A stretch of DNA of 64,000 nucleotides from Ramazzottius varieornatus (taxonomy: Eukaryota; Animalia; Tardigrada), in NCBI GenBank assembly GCA_001949185.1, contig BDGG01000003.1:2235663-2299662 (forward strand). Reading direction: 5' to 3'. This document shows, piece by piece, positions 62,636 through 64,000 of the stretch (positions are counted from its first letter, which is position 1; every line of letters starts with the position of its first letter). The notes under the pieces are model-generated. The model saw only the letters and a list, made by a program, of their open reading frames with translations, had not been told where the DNA came from and did no database searches. The translations under genes were made by a program, and so were the position numbers.

Positions 62636-63829
62636 ATGGCCGATCTGGATGACTTCTTCGCCAAGAAGGACAAGAAGAAGCCGAAGAAGAAGGATGATAC
62701 CCTGAAAGCTGCCGACCTCTTCAAAGCTTTGGACAACGCTGCCCTGAACATTGAAACAGAGGAAGATGAGGAACGACGGAACAAGCGCGATCTTCAGCTG
62801 GGCGCTGTCCTGTCGGAAGTGGTCAACGTGGAAGAGTTGTCTAAATGGAGTGAGCCTATGGAAGAGGAACAGCTGCCAGACTTGTCTAATCTAAAGTTTG
62901 AGTCCATCATCACCCCTGACGAAAGTGAAGAGACGGTCGAGGCTAGTAAAGAAGAGGCTGCCAGGACAGCTAAACCAGTGTGGGGTAACGTCAAGACGGA
63001 AGTTGAGACGACATTGGAGAAGATAAGTGGAACACCGGCTGACTTTGCCCCAGTTGTTGAGGATGTCAAACTTGTCGAACGGACTAAGAAAAAAGACGTG
63101 ACAAAGGAGGCTGAAGCTCTGAAAGTGACGATTTCAGACGTCCAGGCTGGCAGTGAGGGTAAAGAGAAGGGAGCGGAAGAAGGGAAGGCTGATATAGCAG
63201 TGAAAGAAGGAGATTCAGCGGATCAGCACCAAGGAGGCATTCTGGAGTCTGTGGCTAAAGTTGTAGGTAACGCGGCTGGTACTCTCGTTGGAACTGCGAT
63301 AGGTCTTCTTCAGAGTACTACCACCACTGACGAAGGCAAAGGTGATACAGAAAAGGCCCCTGAAGCGGATAAAGAGAAGCCAACTGGAGAAGGAAATAAG
63401 TCAGATGAGCCGAAAAAGTATATTCCCCCATCCTTAAGAAAGAAAATGGAAGAAGAAGCTGCTGCTGCGAAACTGAAACCAGCTGCTCTAGCTCCAGCTC
63501 CCAATACGGTCGTAACAGCAGCTCCAGTTTTTCCTTCAGCTGAAGGGAAGTACATTTCGCCAGCAGTTCGGAAAGCGATGGAAGAGGAGGCGAAGAAGGC
63601 GGCTGTTGCTCCTTCATCGTCTTCCCCGACACCTCCAGCCGCTTCCACTCCCTCGGCTCCCGCGTCTTCCGGAGGAGCGTACGTCTCGATTGGACAGAGG
63701 AAAGCGATGGAAGAGGAACGGATGAAGGCTTCTGGTGGAACTGCAGTGCCCAGACAGTCCTACAAACAGCCGCAGTTGGACAATAAAGAAGAGTTTCCAA
63801 GTCTTGGTGGTCCTGCCAGAAAGAAGTAG
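62636..63829 (+). CDS. CDV3: CDV3 homologue, intronless CDS
   Basis: MADLDDFFAKKDKKK N-terminus, W..P...PDLSNL, VW, YIPP motifs, QLDNKEEFPSLG C-terminus. Confidence 0.88.
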   Translation: MADLDDFFAKKDKKKPKKKDDTLKAADLFKALDNAALNIETEEDEERRNKRDLQLGAVLSEVVNVEELSKWSEPMEEEQLPDLSNLKFESIITPDESEETVEASKEEAARTAKPVWGNVKTEVETTLEKISGTPADFAPVVEDVKLVERTKKKDVTKEAEALKVTISDVQAGSEGKEKGAEEGKADIAVKEGDSADQHQGGILESVAKVVGNAAGTLVGTAIGLLQSTTTTDEGKGDTEKAPEADKEKPTGEGNKSDEPKKYIPPSLRKKMEEEAAAAKLKPAALAPAPNTVVTAAPVFPSAEGKYISPAVRKAMEEEAKKAAVAPSSSSPTPPAASTPSAPASSGGAYVSIGQRKAMEEERMKASGGTAVPRQSYKQPQLDNKEEFPSLGGPARKK

Positions 63830-64000
63830 AGAGAGTTTGGTTGGTCGGATGTTGTATTGGTCGGTTAGAGAAAAGTCTATTCTTTCTAGAAGGTTTTGAT
63901 ACTTTGCTAGTTTGGAGTGACTCGGTCGATGAGATTCTCCAGTTGATATAGCCTGAACTTGGTCAGAAGATTCCATGTTGGGCACGTGGTGCGTTCCTTA

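Noticed and set aside
1-64000. The many overlapping antisense/alternate-frame ORFs in the track, and tRNA/rRNA genes
   Set aside because: The ORFs are shadows of real exons or intron read-through; no tRNA or rRNA signature was recognised by eye.

Overview
Gene-dense animal genomic DNA with short GT-AG introns (mostly ~55-100 nt), roughly mid-40s % GC and two N-gaps. The compactness suggests a small-genome ecdysozoan such as a tardigrade; that is inference only. Spliced genes reconstructed by eye, in order: 5' end of a glutathionyl-hydroquinone reductase (YqjG/ECM4-type GST), SYS1, CDC27, a secreted cadherin-like repeat protein, a PRKX/PKA-C3 kinase, a catalytically dead clip-type serine protease homologue, PRRC1, two head-to-head ceramide synthases, a minimal Pax gene, CPSF3, an orphan AT-hook protein, a MATH-like protein, a degenerate SAM-methyltransferase, BOLA3, REXO4, a ~5.2-kb tandemly duplicated block (PTS, TMLHE, MANBAL-like), TMEM208 and CDV3. 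Mobile DNA: two dead pogo-type DDE transposons and four MITEs (two TA-type, one hAT-type, one Mutator-type). The most striking unexplained signal is a dispersed ~75-85 bp inverted-repeat element, ...CAAGTGGCGCAC-[spacer]-GTGCGCCACTTG..., with 13 complete units. The spacer sequence varies but is exactly 25 nt in 10 units. It sits mostly in introns, sometimes forms tandem repeat-spacer arrays, and also occurs inside both transposons. Other notable items: a ~180-aa G/P/R/M-rich low-complexity N-terminal extension on CPSF73, a basic N-terminal extension on CDC27, and CDV3 possibly nested in the last TMEM208 intron. All coordinates and gene models are manual and unverified by RNA data.
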